Assembly (NCBI RefSeq): GCF_009914755.1
Contig: NC_060927.1
Reading direction: 5' to 3' (one strand)
DNA: 64,000 bases
From: the human T2T-CHM13v2.0 reference genome, Homo sapiens
Part shown: positions 27,188 to 39,564 of the stretch, piece after piece
Position numbering within the stretch: the stretch's first letter is position 1
Layout of the letters: every line of letters begins with the position of its first letter
Translations under genes and position numbers: made by a program
Notes under the pieces: generated by a model
The model's database searches: none
Told to the model about the DNA's origin: nothing
What the model saw: the letters and a program-made list of their open reading frames with translations, nothing else

Positions 27188-27359
27188 AATATCTCTTAAA
27201 GTTTGCATCAGCATCATCTGGGAGCTGGTTAGAAATGCAAATTCTTGGACCCTACCCCAGTCCTTTTAAACCAGGAACTCTGTGAGTGAATCCCAGAAAT
27301 CTGTGCTTTAATACACCCTATAGATGATTCTGATGTGGGTTTAGGTTTGAGAACCACTG
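27188..27359. mobile_element. MER5A (hAT-Charlie MITE)
   Basis: 'gcatcagcatcatctgggagctggttagaaatgcaaattcttgg...tttgagaaccactg'. Confidence 0.88.
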
Positions 27360-28911
27360 AGGAAGAGTAAAAGTTAAGAGCGTCACTCCACACAGAAGTG
27401 TGACTGACTGGAGGGTTCAGGGGAATGAGGTGATTAGGTGGCCTTGTTCAAAGACCCTGAAGATCTCCCCAAAAGTGGATTTTTCTTCATCCAGGCAGAA
27501 TACAAACAGTTACTTGTTCTCACCAAATATATTTTCACTTGCCCTGTCTGTGTGACTGTCAGGATGCCTCAGGATGTCCAAGAAAGACAGCATCAGGTCC
27601 TTGCATTCAATAAGTCAGAATCCCCAACCAGAGTTGGCCTCATACATGAAAAGAAAACACCTGATGTGCCAAATCTTGAATAGGAGCTGCCAGAAAACCC
27701 CTGCCAAACCACCCACTTCATTTCCCAGCATGTGACCCTAACTAATAGCCAACATAGAATCACGCTCTGCAGGTATGCCTTTATTTCATGTCATCTTTTC
27801 AAACACAAATAAGTGTTTTGCCTCATGGAACAATTAAATATTTCCATTTCAGAAAAACTGACACAATATGATTGATATCAACAATTATTAGAATCTTACA
27901 ATGGTCCTCTGAGGACTTATTCTTCCATGAATATTCAAGTTTATTACAGCTACCCAGAACAGCCACCATGACGATGTGTGTTAGGTACATTAATTTATGC
28001 AAAAACCATTAGTGTCTTTTTCTAAGCCCTTACTTTTGCAACAAGGCAGAGTTTCAATTTACTATAGAAGGAAAATTTGTCCCCTACAAGGATACTATAA
28101 TTGCCCATTTTTAATGCAATTTTCTTTTACTGATCACAGTCGTAGATTTTCCAAAAGGTTAGGTAACTGACTAATTTAATGCCAAGTATCTTATCTCTAG
28201 AGACGTAGGTTAAGAAATGTCACTCTGATTGTCTCCGTGGCAAGCCATGTCATGTATGGACAACTCCATCTCACTGTCTAATTTGACCCAATTTTCCATT
28301 TTGCTTAATAAGCACATTACAGTGAATCACTGATCTATTATCCAAGGAATTATGAAGCTTATGGGTTATCTTCCATTGCACCTGCTTTAATCAGCGTAGT
28401 GCCTTGGGTATTATGGTCACTTTATCCTTTAATAAAAGAATTGTTAATATCTTCATCTGCAATTTCAAGCAATTTGCAAAATTGGGTTAGCTGGCTTTTA
28501 TATGGGACTTATTACAAACTCAGTTACTTAATGTGATGTTTTCAGCAATAATTTCTGTGTTTCCAACATCCTCAAATTAATATTTTATTTAAACAAATTG
28601 TCAGTATTTAAAGTGGTAAAATTCATTTAGGGAGATAAATGGAAATGTGGGATTTTGTTCTAAAGTTACTTTCATGCTATATCTGATACTATTGTATTGG
28701 CTGTTTATTTTTTTAATTTACAAAACTAAACTAATAGGAACTATAGTGCTTATAACCCTGTATAGTTAAGGATATTTAAAATTGTTTTTGGAGATATTTT
28801 TTCTAAGAGATATGATACCACTATTTTATTGTTGTATAGAATAACTCTTATTACATTTGTAATAATTCTATTACATGTTGTTTTCTGTATGTAACATGTT
28901 AACTGTCATTA

Positions 28912-29048
28912 TTTTTTTTTTTTCAATTTCAACTTTTATTTTAAGTTCATGGGTTCCTGTGCAGGTTTGTTACCTTGGTATATTGTGTGATGCTGAGGTT
29001 TGGGGTGTGATTGATTCCATCACCCAGGTACTGAGCATAGTACCCAAT
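28912..29048 (-). mobile_element. Older primate L1 3' end (L1PA15-16/L1PB-like)
   Basis: T-tail then 'gtgcaggtttgttacc...gatgctgaggtttgggg...acccaggtactgagcatagtacccaat'. Confidence 0.88.
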
Positions 29049-29224
29049 TAACTATGATTATTAATAAGGATCCATTATACCATCTCCTTACAAGTCGCAT
29101 ATGTAACCAATATATAAATACTGAATATGAAACTACCATATGCAGAATCCATATTATCTCTACCAGAATGTTAAAGTCTACATCACACATTTGAAGTTAC
29201 TCTAATTCATTCAGGAAAAGAACG

Positions 29225-29808
29225 CTTGTGTCACAGAGGTTTGTTATACAGAATATTTCACCACCCAGGTAGTAAGCTTAGTGCTCATGAGTTATTTTTC
29301 CTGATCCTCCCCCTCCTCCCATCCTCCACCCTCTGATAGGCCCCAGTGTGTGCTATTTCCCTATGTGTCCATGAGTTCTCATCCTTTAGCTCCCAGTTAT
29401 AACTGAGAACATGCGGTATGTGGTTTTCTGTTCCTGTGTTAGTTTACTAAGAATAATGGCCTCCAGACTCATCCATGTCCCTGCAAAGGACATGATGTCA
29501 TTCTTTTTTATAGCTACATAGTATTCAATGGTGTGTATGTACAACATTTTCTTTATCCGGCCTATCACTGATGGTCATTTAGGTTGATTACACGTCTTTG
29601 CTATTGTGAAAAGTGTGGCAAAGAACGTACACATGCATGTGTCTTTATAACAGAATGATTTACATCCTTTTGGGTATATACCCAGTAATAGGATTGCTGT
29701 GTCGAATGATATTTCTGTCTTAAGGTCTTTGAGGAATCACCATTCTGCTTACCTATGTGATAAACCTGCACTTGTACGTCTGACATTAAAATAAAAGTTT
29801 GCAAAAAC
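29225..29808 (+). mobile_element. L1PA (about PA8-13) with twin-priming inversion: inverted 29225-29748, sense 3' end 29749-29808
   Basis: Minus-oriented ORF2 end and 3'UTR followed by sense 'ttacctatgtgataaacctgcacttgtac...taaaataaaagtt'. Confidence 0.88.
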
Positions 29809-30618
29809 AGGTACTACTTTTAAAATAATGATCCACTGGCCTTTAAGTCTTGGTGCCATGTTCTAAATATGTGCTCTGAATATTGGAGAGGGAAAAATGG
29901 TTGGTAGGGCTACATCTTCTTCTTAATGTAAAATATATGTGCTTTTAAAATAAGCTTAAATTTTGATTTAAAAAATAAGAAAAAAACACTTAAGTATCTG
30001 TTGTGTGTCAGCAACTGTGCTCAGGGGCAGGAATGCTCATCCCTTAAACTCAGTGAGTCCACAGTCAAGTGGGGAGTCGGCTATGCAGCACGGAAAGCTC
30101 AACAGAACGCAGGAATTAACAACTTAAAGCCAAATACTCCTCTCTCCCCAGGAGAAGTTGAAATTAGTGAATTTTTATTTTCTGATCATTATAGGTTAAA
30201 TTTTCTAAAAGCTTGAACGTAATTACCTCCTTTGTAATAGCTGCAGTGCCAAGGAACTGGATAATTTGTGTTAGGTTATTCAATCGAGATTTCTGCTGCT
30301 TTATTATACCCAAAATTTTAGTGTTTCTTGCTTATTATTTCAAGTGGTAGCTAGTTCTTTGTTTGGCCTATATCTACAGGCCAGCAAGAAAACATTTTAT
30401 CTAATTTAGTGAAAATTTTTAAAAAAGAATAAAAGGAGAATTTTCTACATAAAAAAGTTACTAATATTGATTATAAAACCCTAAAAATCCTATTAACTAG
30501 GGACATTTTTTCTCAATCCTGTCACTACGCAGGGCCCTATTTGGTCAACTATCTGTGCTTTTCATTCTTTATGTCCTATTCCCTTATTATTTATTTAAGC
30601 TAAGTTAATACTGTACAA

Positions 30619-31138
30619 TTGCAGTCCCCAACCTTTTTGGTACCAAAGACCAGTTTTAAGGAAGGCAATTTTTCCTCAAACGGTGGTGGCGGGGATGGTT
30701 TCAGGATGAATCAAGCGCATTATATTCATTGTGCACTTTATTTCTGTAATTATATTGTAATACATCATGAAAAAGTATACAAGTCTCATAATGTACAATC
30801 AGTCGGAGCCCTGAGCTTGTTTTCCTGCAACTAGATGGCTCTGTCTTGGGGTGATGGGAGACAGTGACAGATCATCAGGCACTAGATTCTCACAAGGAGC
30901 ACGCAATCTAGGTCCCTGGAATGCGCAGTCCACAATAGGGTTCATGCCCCTGTGAGAATCTAATGCTGCCGCTAATCTGACAGGAGGCAGAGCTCAGGTG
31001 GTAATGTGACCAATGGGGAGAGGCTGTAAATTCAGATGAAGCTTTGTTCACTCGTCTGCCACTCACCTGCTGTGTGGCCCGGTTCCTAACAGACCGCAAA
31101 CTGGTATCAGTCCATGATCCAGGGGTTGGGGAACTCTG
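30619..31138 (-). mobile_element. MER1A (hAT-Charlie), full length
   Basis: Terminal inverted repeats 'gcagtccccaacc' ... 'ggttggggaactctg'; ~520 bp; decayed 8-bp TSD ctgtacaa / ctatatga. Confidence 0.92.
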
Positions 31139-31584
31139 CTATATGAAAAGCTATATACTCATAGCTCCCTCCATAAAATGTGGAAAGACCTTTGCCTTGT
31201 GTGAGCCTACTTTGAGAAATAGGTGTCACCTGTTTTTTTCAGAGCAAAGGCTATACATCTCTGCCTTTTTCTAAAATGTTTCTCACAGGTAAGGGTTGCT
31301 GTTTGTACTGAAGTAAAACTGTCTAGAACCAGATTACATACAAAATTTTGCTTTTTATAATTTAAAAAAATAAAGTAGGCTACTATTGCTTTGGTGTGCC
31401 CTCTGTAAATTAAGACTATAGTCGTGGATCTTAAAATAACAACAATTTGTTAGAACAAAGAAACAAACAAACAAAATTTCACATTTTTCCTTGCTCACCA
31501 TTCTAAACTCCAGAAACTCTCACTAGACCAAAATATGGAAACATGGAAGAAAGAAAATGAAAGAATTATATGAGATGTCACTCA

Positions 31585-31795
31585 TAAGGTTTGGTTTGCA
31601 CCTCAGTTCAATCACTCTCCAGCTACAACATCTTGAGCAAGCCATCTTCACCTCCATCTCCGGTCCAGTAATTATAAGATTGTAAAGTAAGCCCTGCCTT
31701 TGTTATCATCAGGGGCTGCAAAAAGAATCAGGTGGCATAATACCTGTGAACCTGCTTGGTGAACTCCAAAGTGTGACATAAATACTTGTAGTTTT
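31585..31795 (+). mobile_element. MIR (MIRc/MIR3-like)
   Basis: 'cttgagcaagccatcttcacctc...aactccaaagtgtgacataaatac'. Confidence 0.6.
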
Positions 31796-32570
31796 TTCTG
31801 GGAAGGACTTAGCAGCCACAGGGGCATTGTCAAGATGATGTTGGAACTGCTTAGGTCTTCTTTCTGGAGAAGGAAGAACTCAGACTTGAGCTCTTATGCA
31901 GAGAGCCCTTAGAGTGATTCTATACGATTAACTACCTTGGGTTGAAGTTATGTCACTTTCTAGGCTAATGCTCGGTGGTTACGCAGAGGGATTTTCATCT
32001 GTCGTATGTACAACTGACGCACATTGAGTCATGACAATGTTGAACAGCGTTGGTGGTTTAGATGCAACACCTATCCTTTACGTAAGGGGAGTTGGGTTTT
32101 TGAGGTCTTTGCAGGATTTCTAACAAATATTTTTTTCCAAAAAAATGTTTACTCAGAAAATCTCTGGTTATCTGATAATGAAAACTCATATATCTTTGAA
32201 ATGTCTTATGATGACATTTGGCAAGGATCAGTGAGAGTCTTCTCAAATATTAGAAAAACCAAAATAAATGTATGAGGGCAAATTCTAAAGGATGTTTTAT
32301 GTTCCTGTTATTTAGCAGTTTTCTGAATCTCAAAATGATAGCTAATACTTTTTCTCAGAAACAAAATGTATGATATTATTATTCTTTCTCTCCATTGTCA
32401 TGTAATGAATGGAAGAGCAGACAGGGTGCAATTAAGGCCTATGAGGTTTCCTTTTTCAACATTTTTCCTATGTGTCCTTGATATCTTTTCTAAATAATTG
32501 TTATCCCCTAAACCCTCTAAATGTTATAAGGGAGTAGAACTTTTGGAATACCCAAGCCAGAGACTCACAT

Positions 32571-32883
32571 TTTTGTTTTGTTTGTCTTCAGAGACAGGGT
32601 CTCGCTTTGTCCCCCAAGTTGGAGTGCAGTGGCACAGTCATAGCTCATGACAGCATCGAACTCCTGGGCTCAAGCAATCAACCTGCCACAGCCTCTCGGG
32701 TGGCTAGGACTGCAGGTGTGTGCCACTATACCTGGCTAATTTTTTAATTTAATTTTTTTTTTTTTGTAGAGACAGTGTCTCTCTTTGTTCCCAGGCTGAT
32801 CTCTAACTCCTGACCTCAAGCGATTCTCCTGCCTCAGCCTCCCAAAGTGCAGGGATTACAGGAGTGAGCCACTGCACCCAGCG
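32571..32883 (-). mobile_element. AluJ
   Basis: Full dimer; TSD agactcacat / agaatcacat. Confidence 0.95.
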
Positions 32884-33199
32884 AGAATCACATATTGTTC
32901 TGCTTTCTGTCCCGTCACATCCTTTTTATGATAGTGGACCTCAGTGACATAACCTATGGGCTTAAAAGGGGGATAAAAACGTATGTAAAAATGTAAAAAA
33001 ATGGAACCAATATAATAGCTTACTATCTTTAAAAATGTTATTCTGATAAAAATATATAGATTTTCTATTTCAACAATAAATGAATCTTCTAATACTTTAG
33101 TAAAACTTCTCAAATGGAGCTTCTGTTTAAGTTTTTAAAGTAAGCCTAGTGGTCCAGGAAATAACACGCCAAACACCAGTAGTCATAATACTTTCTCTC

Positions 33200-33712
33200 T
33201 GACTCATATTATCAGGGCAGAAGTTCGAGCCTAGTTTACTTAGGTTCTCTGTTTAGAGTCCTAGAAGCCTGCACTCTAGGTGAAATCCAGCTGCAGCGAT
33301 AGACTCATCAGAGACTCATCAGATCTCCACTGGTGAAAGATCTTCCTAGTTCCCTCAGGTAGCTGAAAGAATTAATCTCTTTGCAGTTGTAGGACTGAAT
33401 TCCCCATTTTCTTGCTGGCTGGCTGCTCCTAGAAGCTGCCCACAATTCCACATGACTATCTCCGTGGACCCTTTCACAACCTGGTAGCTCACATCCTCAA
33501 CACCAGCAAGAGAGACTCTCTCTGAGTTTAGCCTGCAAAGGTAGTTATACAATGTATGGCAATCACAGAAGTGACATCATTACCTTTGCCGTATTCTACC
33601 ATTAGAAGCAAGTCTCAGACCACACTCACACTTAAGGAGAGAGGATTACACAACCATATAAACACGGGGAGTCACGAATAATCAGGGTCAACTTAGGTCC
33701 TTTCTGCCTCAA
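33200..33712 (-). mobile_element. MLT1 (E/F-type) LTR
   Basis: 'tgcagttgtaggactgaattcccc', 'gaagtgacatcattacctttgccgtattcta...agaagcaagtc'. Confidence 0.8.
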
Positions 33713-33724
33713 AGTGAAAGGGTT

Positions 33725-34345
33725 TGCATTAGTTTTCTATTGCTGCGTAACAAATGACCCGAATTAGCAGCTGAAAATGCAAATGTATGACCTCACAGAT
33801 TCCGTGGGTCAGAATTTTGGCACAGCATCACTGAATTCTTTGCCCAGTTTACTTGGAAGACCTCAAGGGGTTCTTTGGGGGCTATCTTATGACCTCATGG
33901 CTTTCTTCCACGCCCATTAAGAACATTGACAGAATTTAGTTCCCTGTGGCTGTAGGACTGATGTTCTTGTTTTCTCTCTGGCTGTTGAGCTGGACTGTTC
34001 TCTGCTGTTAGAGAAGACCTGCCATTGCCTGCCATGTGGTCCTCTCTCTGCTGTTAGAGAAGACCTGCCGTTGCCTGCCGTGTGGTCCTCTCCACAGCAT
34101 ATCAGCTGCTCCTTCAAAGCCAGGAGGGGTACATCGCTGCTACTTTGAATCTCTGCTCTTCTGCCACTGACTTCTAGACCCAGATTTAAAGGGCTCATGT
34201 GATAAGGTCCATCCTATCTAAATACTCTCCCTTTAATTATATCTCCCAAAATCCTTTTTTCCATGTGAAAGAACATAATCCCTGGAGTGATATCCCACCG
34301 TATCCATAGGGAGCAGATATCTTGGAGGCCATTTGAGAATTCAGG
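33725..34345 (-). mobile_element. MLT1E-type LTR containing a 46-bp tandem duplication
   Basis: 'tgcattagttttctattgctgcgtaacaaat', 'tttaaagggctcatgtgat', 'ggaggccatttgagaattc'. Confidence 0.82.
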
Positions 34346-34579
34346 GGGTCTAGGATAAAGGACACACACACAAAAAAGGGTGTGTCAGGAATTTGCCTTT
34401 AAAACCCTAGAACTGATTTTATTGAAATCACCTACATTCAAAGTTAGAAAATCAAGTTTACTATGGAAATTATAGCCTTTGTCCTACTACCTAGAAGGAC
34501 GATTTTGTGGTATTTATTTTTGTGCAGTTCTTACTTTTCTTCTTCCTCTTTTTGGTGAGAGGGCAAAATCTGATTATTA

Positions 34580-34688
34580 TGGGAGGCTGAGGCAGGAGCA
34601 TTGCTTGAACCCCAGGAGGTGGAGGTTGCAGTTAGCCAAGATCGCACCACTGCACTCCAGCTTGGGTGACAGAGTGAGACTCTGTCTC

Positions 34689-34717
<29 letters not shown>
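34580..34717 (+). mobile_element. 5'-truncated Alu (right arm only) with pure A29 tail
   Basis: TSD aaaatctgattatta / aaaatctgatgatca directly flanks the half element. Confidence 0.93.
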
Positions 34718-34721
<4 letters not shown>

Positions 34722-34929
34722 ATGATCAGAACACTGGTACTGACTTCTTTTTTTTGTTTTTTTTTTTGGCCTCTTTTAGGTTTTGTCACAACCTAAAACA
34801 TTTCTCAGTGGCTCTGATGAAAAAATGTTTGTAATGGATGTGTTTTATAAGAGATGAGAACTTATACTCTGTTCATTGCTGAAATGGGAAATTACCTGCT
34901 CTTACCTTAAAAATATCAGGATAAATGGA

Positions 34930-35125
34930 AGCCACAGTGATATAGTAGGAAGGGCACTCAACTAGAAGAGGAGAGCCTAGAGTTCTGATCCCAATAGCCT
35001 GAGCAAGCCACACATTTTTGGCAGAATCTTAAAGTGTATGGGTTTCAGTTTTCTCATGTACAAAATTACAAAGTTAAACCACACAGTGAATTCTCAACCA
35101 GCTTTAAAATGTTATAATTTTGTGG
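34930..35125 (+). mobile_element. MIR3-like SINE
   Basis: 'gtgatatagtaggaagggcactcaactag...ggtttcagttttctcatgtacaaaat...ccagctttaaaatgttata'. Confidence 0.7.
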
Positions 35126-36538
35126 TTCCAAAGTGAAGTAAGTACGTAGTAAGAAGTTTTCACCAAACATCATCAGCAAATGCATAGTCTCATGAATAAT
35201 TAAAAAATTATTTTATTTATAACTTCTCACATGGCCATTTGAGTTCAAAATTTTATTTGAGTTATTGTTACTTTGAGCAAAATAATTGTATTAAATGATA
35301 ATTTTTAACTTTTACATATGTAAATCTAGGTGAATTAAACCAATTATAAAAGCTGCCAAAAGTACATAAAGATATATGGTTTAAAATAAAAAAGATATTA
35401 TAAATATTCTTTTATAAACATTTTAATATTTTAATGAGGTATTTTTGCACTTATTGAATTATAACGAAAATATACCTGAAAACAAAAAGCCTTTCAATGA
35501 ACATTTTTTTCTTTAAGGTTTTCAAAATGAACACATTAGGACGTGCCTTAAATTGAAATGAGTATTTCAAAAATAAAACAAAAGTGTATTATTTGCTCTG
35601 CTCATCTGTGATTATCCTGGGCTGTTGTTTAAAGATTTTCTTTAAAATAAGAATGCTCTCCTAAATGCCAAATGCTTTTGCTTATGTCCACCCTTTTTGG
35701 TATGGAAGGCTTTTGTTCCTTAAAATGTCACAGTCTTTTCTACCTTCCACTTCCTCCTTTTTATGACGAAAGAAATTTTTTATCTATTTTCTCAGAGCTA
35801 AAGGATGGATCCCCATCACTAAAGTTAAAGAAAATCAGGATTGATGCCTGTCCTCGCTGTCACAACCTAAAACACTTCTCAGTGGGATTGTATGACAGTA
35901 ATGATTCAATTGCAGATCAATGTTGAACATTTTTGGCAGAGTTGGCTGCAGAATGAATAGTCTTCTCTCCTTTTGGGTCAATGGAACCCCAATAGTTCTG
36001 ATTTTTACAAATCTGTTTGGTTTCCTAGTGTTAGTAGTGTCTATCGTTAGTAAGTTTTAATAGCAAAGCGAAATGCTTATTATTTGACACAAAGAAAAAG
36101 AGTTCACATTTTGCCAGAAGGAAGCACTATACTGAGGTTAAGAATTATTCTGGAGTGCTTACGCTTCAGGACTGTGAGAAGTGATGAAAGTAACTCTTGC
36201 CACTCTAATATGTCGCCATGATAAAATTGTTCATGGAAAAAGGACACACATTTTTATATTTTTTTAATTTAAAAAAATGCAACCCCAAACTTGAGAAAAT
36301 CTCAGAATGAGGACCACAGACAGAAACTGTCAGATTTGAGACAAGAAAGTGTTGAATGTCTATCGCATTAGTTATGTGTCTCTGAGCTTTCTTATGGCTT
36401 ATATCCTGTAGTCCACATTTTTATTTAGGGTTATTTAAAGCTTTAAAAATCAATAGATTAAAAATAGCAGACCAAAGAAGATTCAATAGAACAACTCCCC
36501 TAAATAAAAGACAAATAGAACAGAATTAATTCATTTGA

Positions 36539-36850
<312 letters not shown>

Positions 36851-37380
36851 TAAGATTAATTTTTTTAAAAAAAAGTAATAGGCACCATCACATCAGCCGT
36901 AGAGCATATGATCTCCCTTATCCCATTCCATGCTCAGTCTTCCTCTCATCTTGTAAATTAATACTTGCATGCACATACTATCACTCATTCTACTTATAAA
37001 CCCAAAGTACTTCACAATTAAGTGGAATGAGAGAGACTGAGTTAGCAAAGGAACTTGGAAGTTACTGGAGAACTAGCTGCATTGTATGTGAATTGTAGAA
37101 TGGATTAGATAAAACAGAAATCAGAAATGTGCTGCCTGGCATATACTCTTTTAAGCAACTCCTGGTGTATATGACATTAACAGAATGATATTCTACCTTT
37201 GTTTTGCCCTTGTTTAGGCATTATTACATTGAAAAATTATACCTATATTGAAAATTTTCTTAAGAAAATGCATTCATTACAGTCAAACATTGCTTCCTTC
37301 TGGAAGGAGAATTTGAGCTTTCAGATTATATTTTTATTCTTATATTCTCCCCTCTTTTCCCTCTCCTCAGTACTTTGTAG

Positions 37381-37737
<357 letters not shown>

Positions 37738-38934
37738 CACCCCCAAAACTTAATCTAGTGTTGTTAGCTATTATTAGCACATTTAAAATATAGGCTCAGT
37801 GATAAAAGCAGTTTCAATTTTGGGCTGTATTAGGCTTTTAAAATTACCTGTTTAATTTTATCAATCTGGTTTCAATATTTGTTATTGAGAATAGATGAGA
37901 ATTAGCTTTGTTGATCAAAACAATCTGCCTGGTATATTAAAGATACGAGACATGACCTGTTTATGTGTTCGCTCCTTTTGACCATGCATGTTCTCTCATA
38001 GACTCTGCCCATGGTCCAGTTGCTTTCTAGGGCAGCATTAAAAATTATTGTGAAGGTCATCCTTCACTTCCGGTTTCCAGGAAACTTACTGCACATGTTG
38101 TCTTAGATGGCAAAATTGTCACAAATAAGAACTTTGACATTTAGTTTTCAAAAGTGCATAAAGAAAAAAAAAACAGGGAGGAAAAATAATCAACTCAGTT
38201 CCTTTGTTTCTGAGTTTTGCTGTCATATGGTCAAACTTCTCAATGCCTTACTGTTTTTACCTGATTTGTCCATCGTCTTGTATGAATTAGCCATTAACGA
38301 CGTACTATATACAGCTTTTTTTTTAGAGTAAATGGAGGATCCTCATTCAACTAACTTGGACTTTCTGACCAGTTATCCATGTTTTTCCACTAAAATGACA
38401 AACACAGCAGAAAGAACACGACTGAATGACTTCTTCATATTTTATAGTAACATTCTAGCAATTTTTATAACGATTTTAAATAGTAGTTTTATAATTGGAT
38501 ATAATCATGTAATTATGATTTTATAATTTAATTTTTACATTGTACATTGGTTATAATTACATTATGTTTTTAAAATAATTTAATTCTAAAATATAATGCC
38601 TCACAGTTGAAGTATTTGCACTCACTGGAAGAGACATCCGTATTTAAAATAGAAAAAGGCAATGAAATAGAATGACATGTTTGGGGCATGTTTTTGCACA
38701 TATGCATAGCGTTGTGGCTGTCTCAATATTTAAAAGTAGGTAGAAATGTATTTGACTGTTGCTGTCAACCATCGCACTTTCTTAGCCTCTTTTGTTTCTT
38801 TAGCTATTTTCAAGTTGCTAAGCTCAGCCAACAGCACAAGTCTTCCTGACACCTGGCACTATTTTGTCTCTTTCTCTGAAACAAAACTGTGGTATTAACA
38901 TATCTTAGCACTTGAACCCAAAACATGTAGACAA

Positions 38935-38939
<5 letters not shown>

Positions 38940-38965
<26 letters not shown>
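38940..38965. repeat. (TA)13 microsatellite
   Basis: Directly visible. Confidence 0.97.
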
Positions 38966-39564
38966 ATTGTATATACATGTATAAAAAAGATTTCATGTAC
39001 ACAACAGTAAGAAAAGTCCATCCAGTGACTTTCTTGATGAGTCTCATATCAAAATATTAAAAGATTGCTTTAGGCTGTTATTTTAGTCTTGTTTGTCCAT
39101 ATCCAATTTTTTTGGAAAAGTTCATTCTCTTCCACTAAAATATTAAAACATATTATTTTTTCCTATATGTTTCCTTGCATTTTCAAATTTTATATCTTTA
39201 TGTTGACATCTTACATTATGCGAAGCCTTCAGTTTTTCTTGATGACATTCACTGATGCCATCTCTTTCCATTTACTATCGATTTCCGTTCCCAAGCTAGT
39301 AAAGCTGTTGGAGCACAGCCTTCTACTGCTGGTCCCTGACCCCTTTGCTAAGGAAAGTTTTGTCTTGTACCTCTGCGAGGCACTGAATGCATCTCCCCTT
39401 TCTTCTCAAAGTTATCATGAAAGATCTCAATAACAGAAAGTAATTTTTTATTCCTTTTATTTGTTTTTAATTAAAAGCTTGATTTCTTGAATTTGTTCCA
39501 CAAATGAATGCATCTAAAGAGATACTTAACACAAAATTGAGGGGAAATCTGCTTTTAAAGTACG

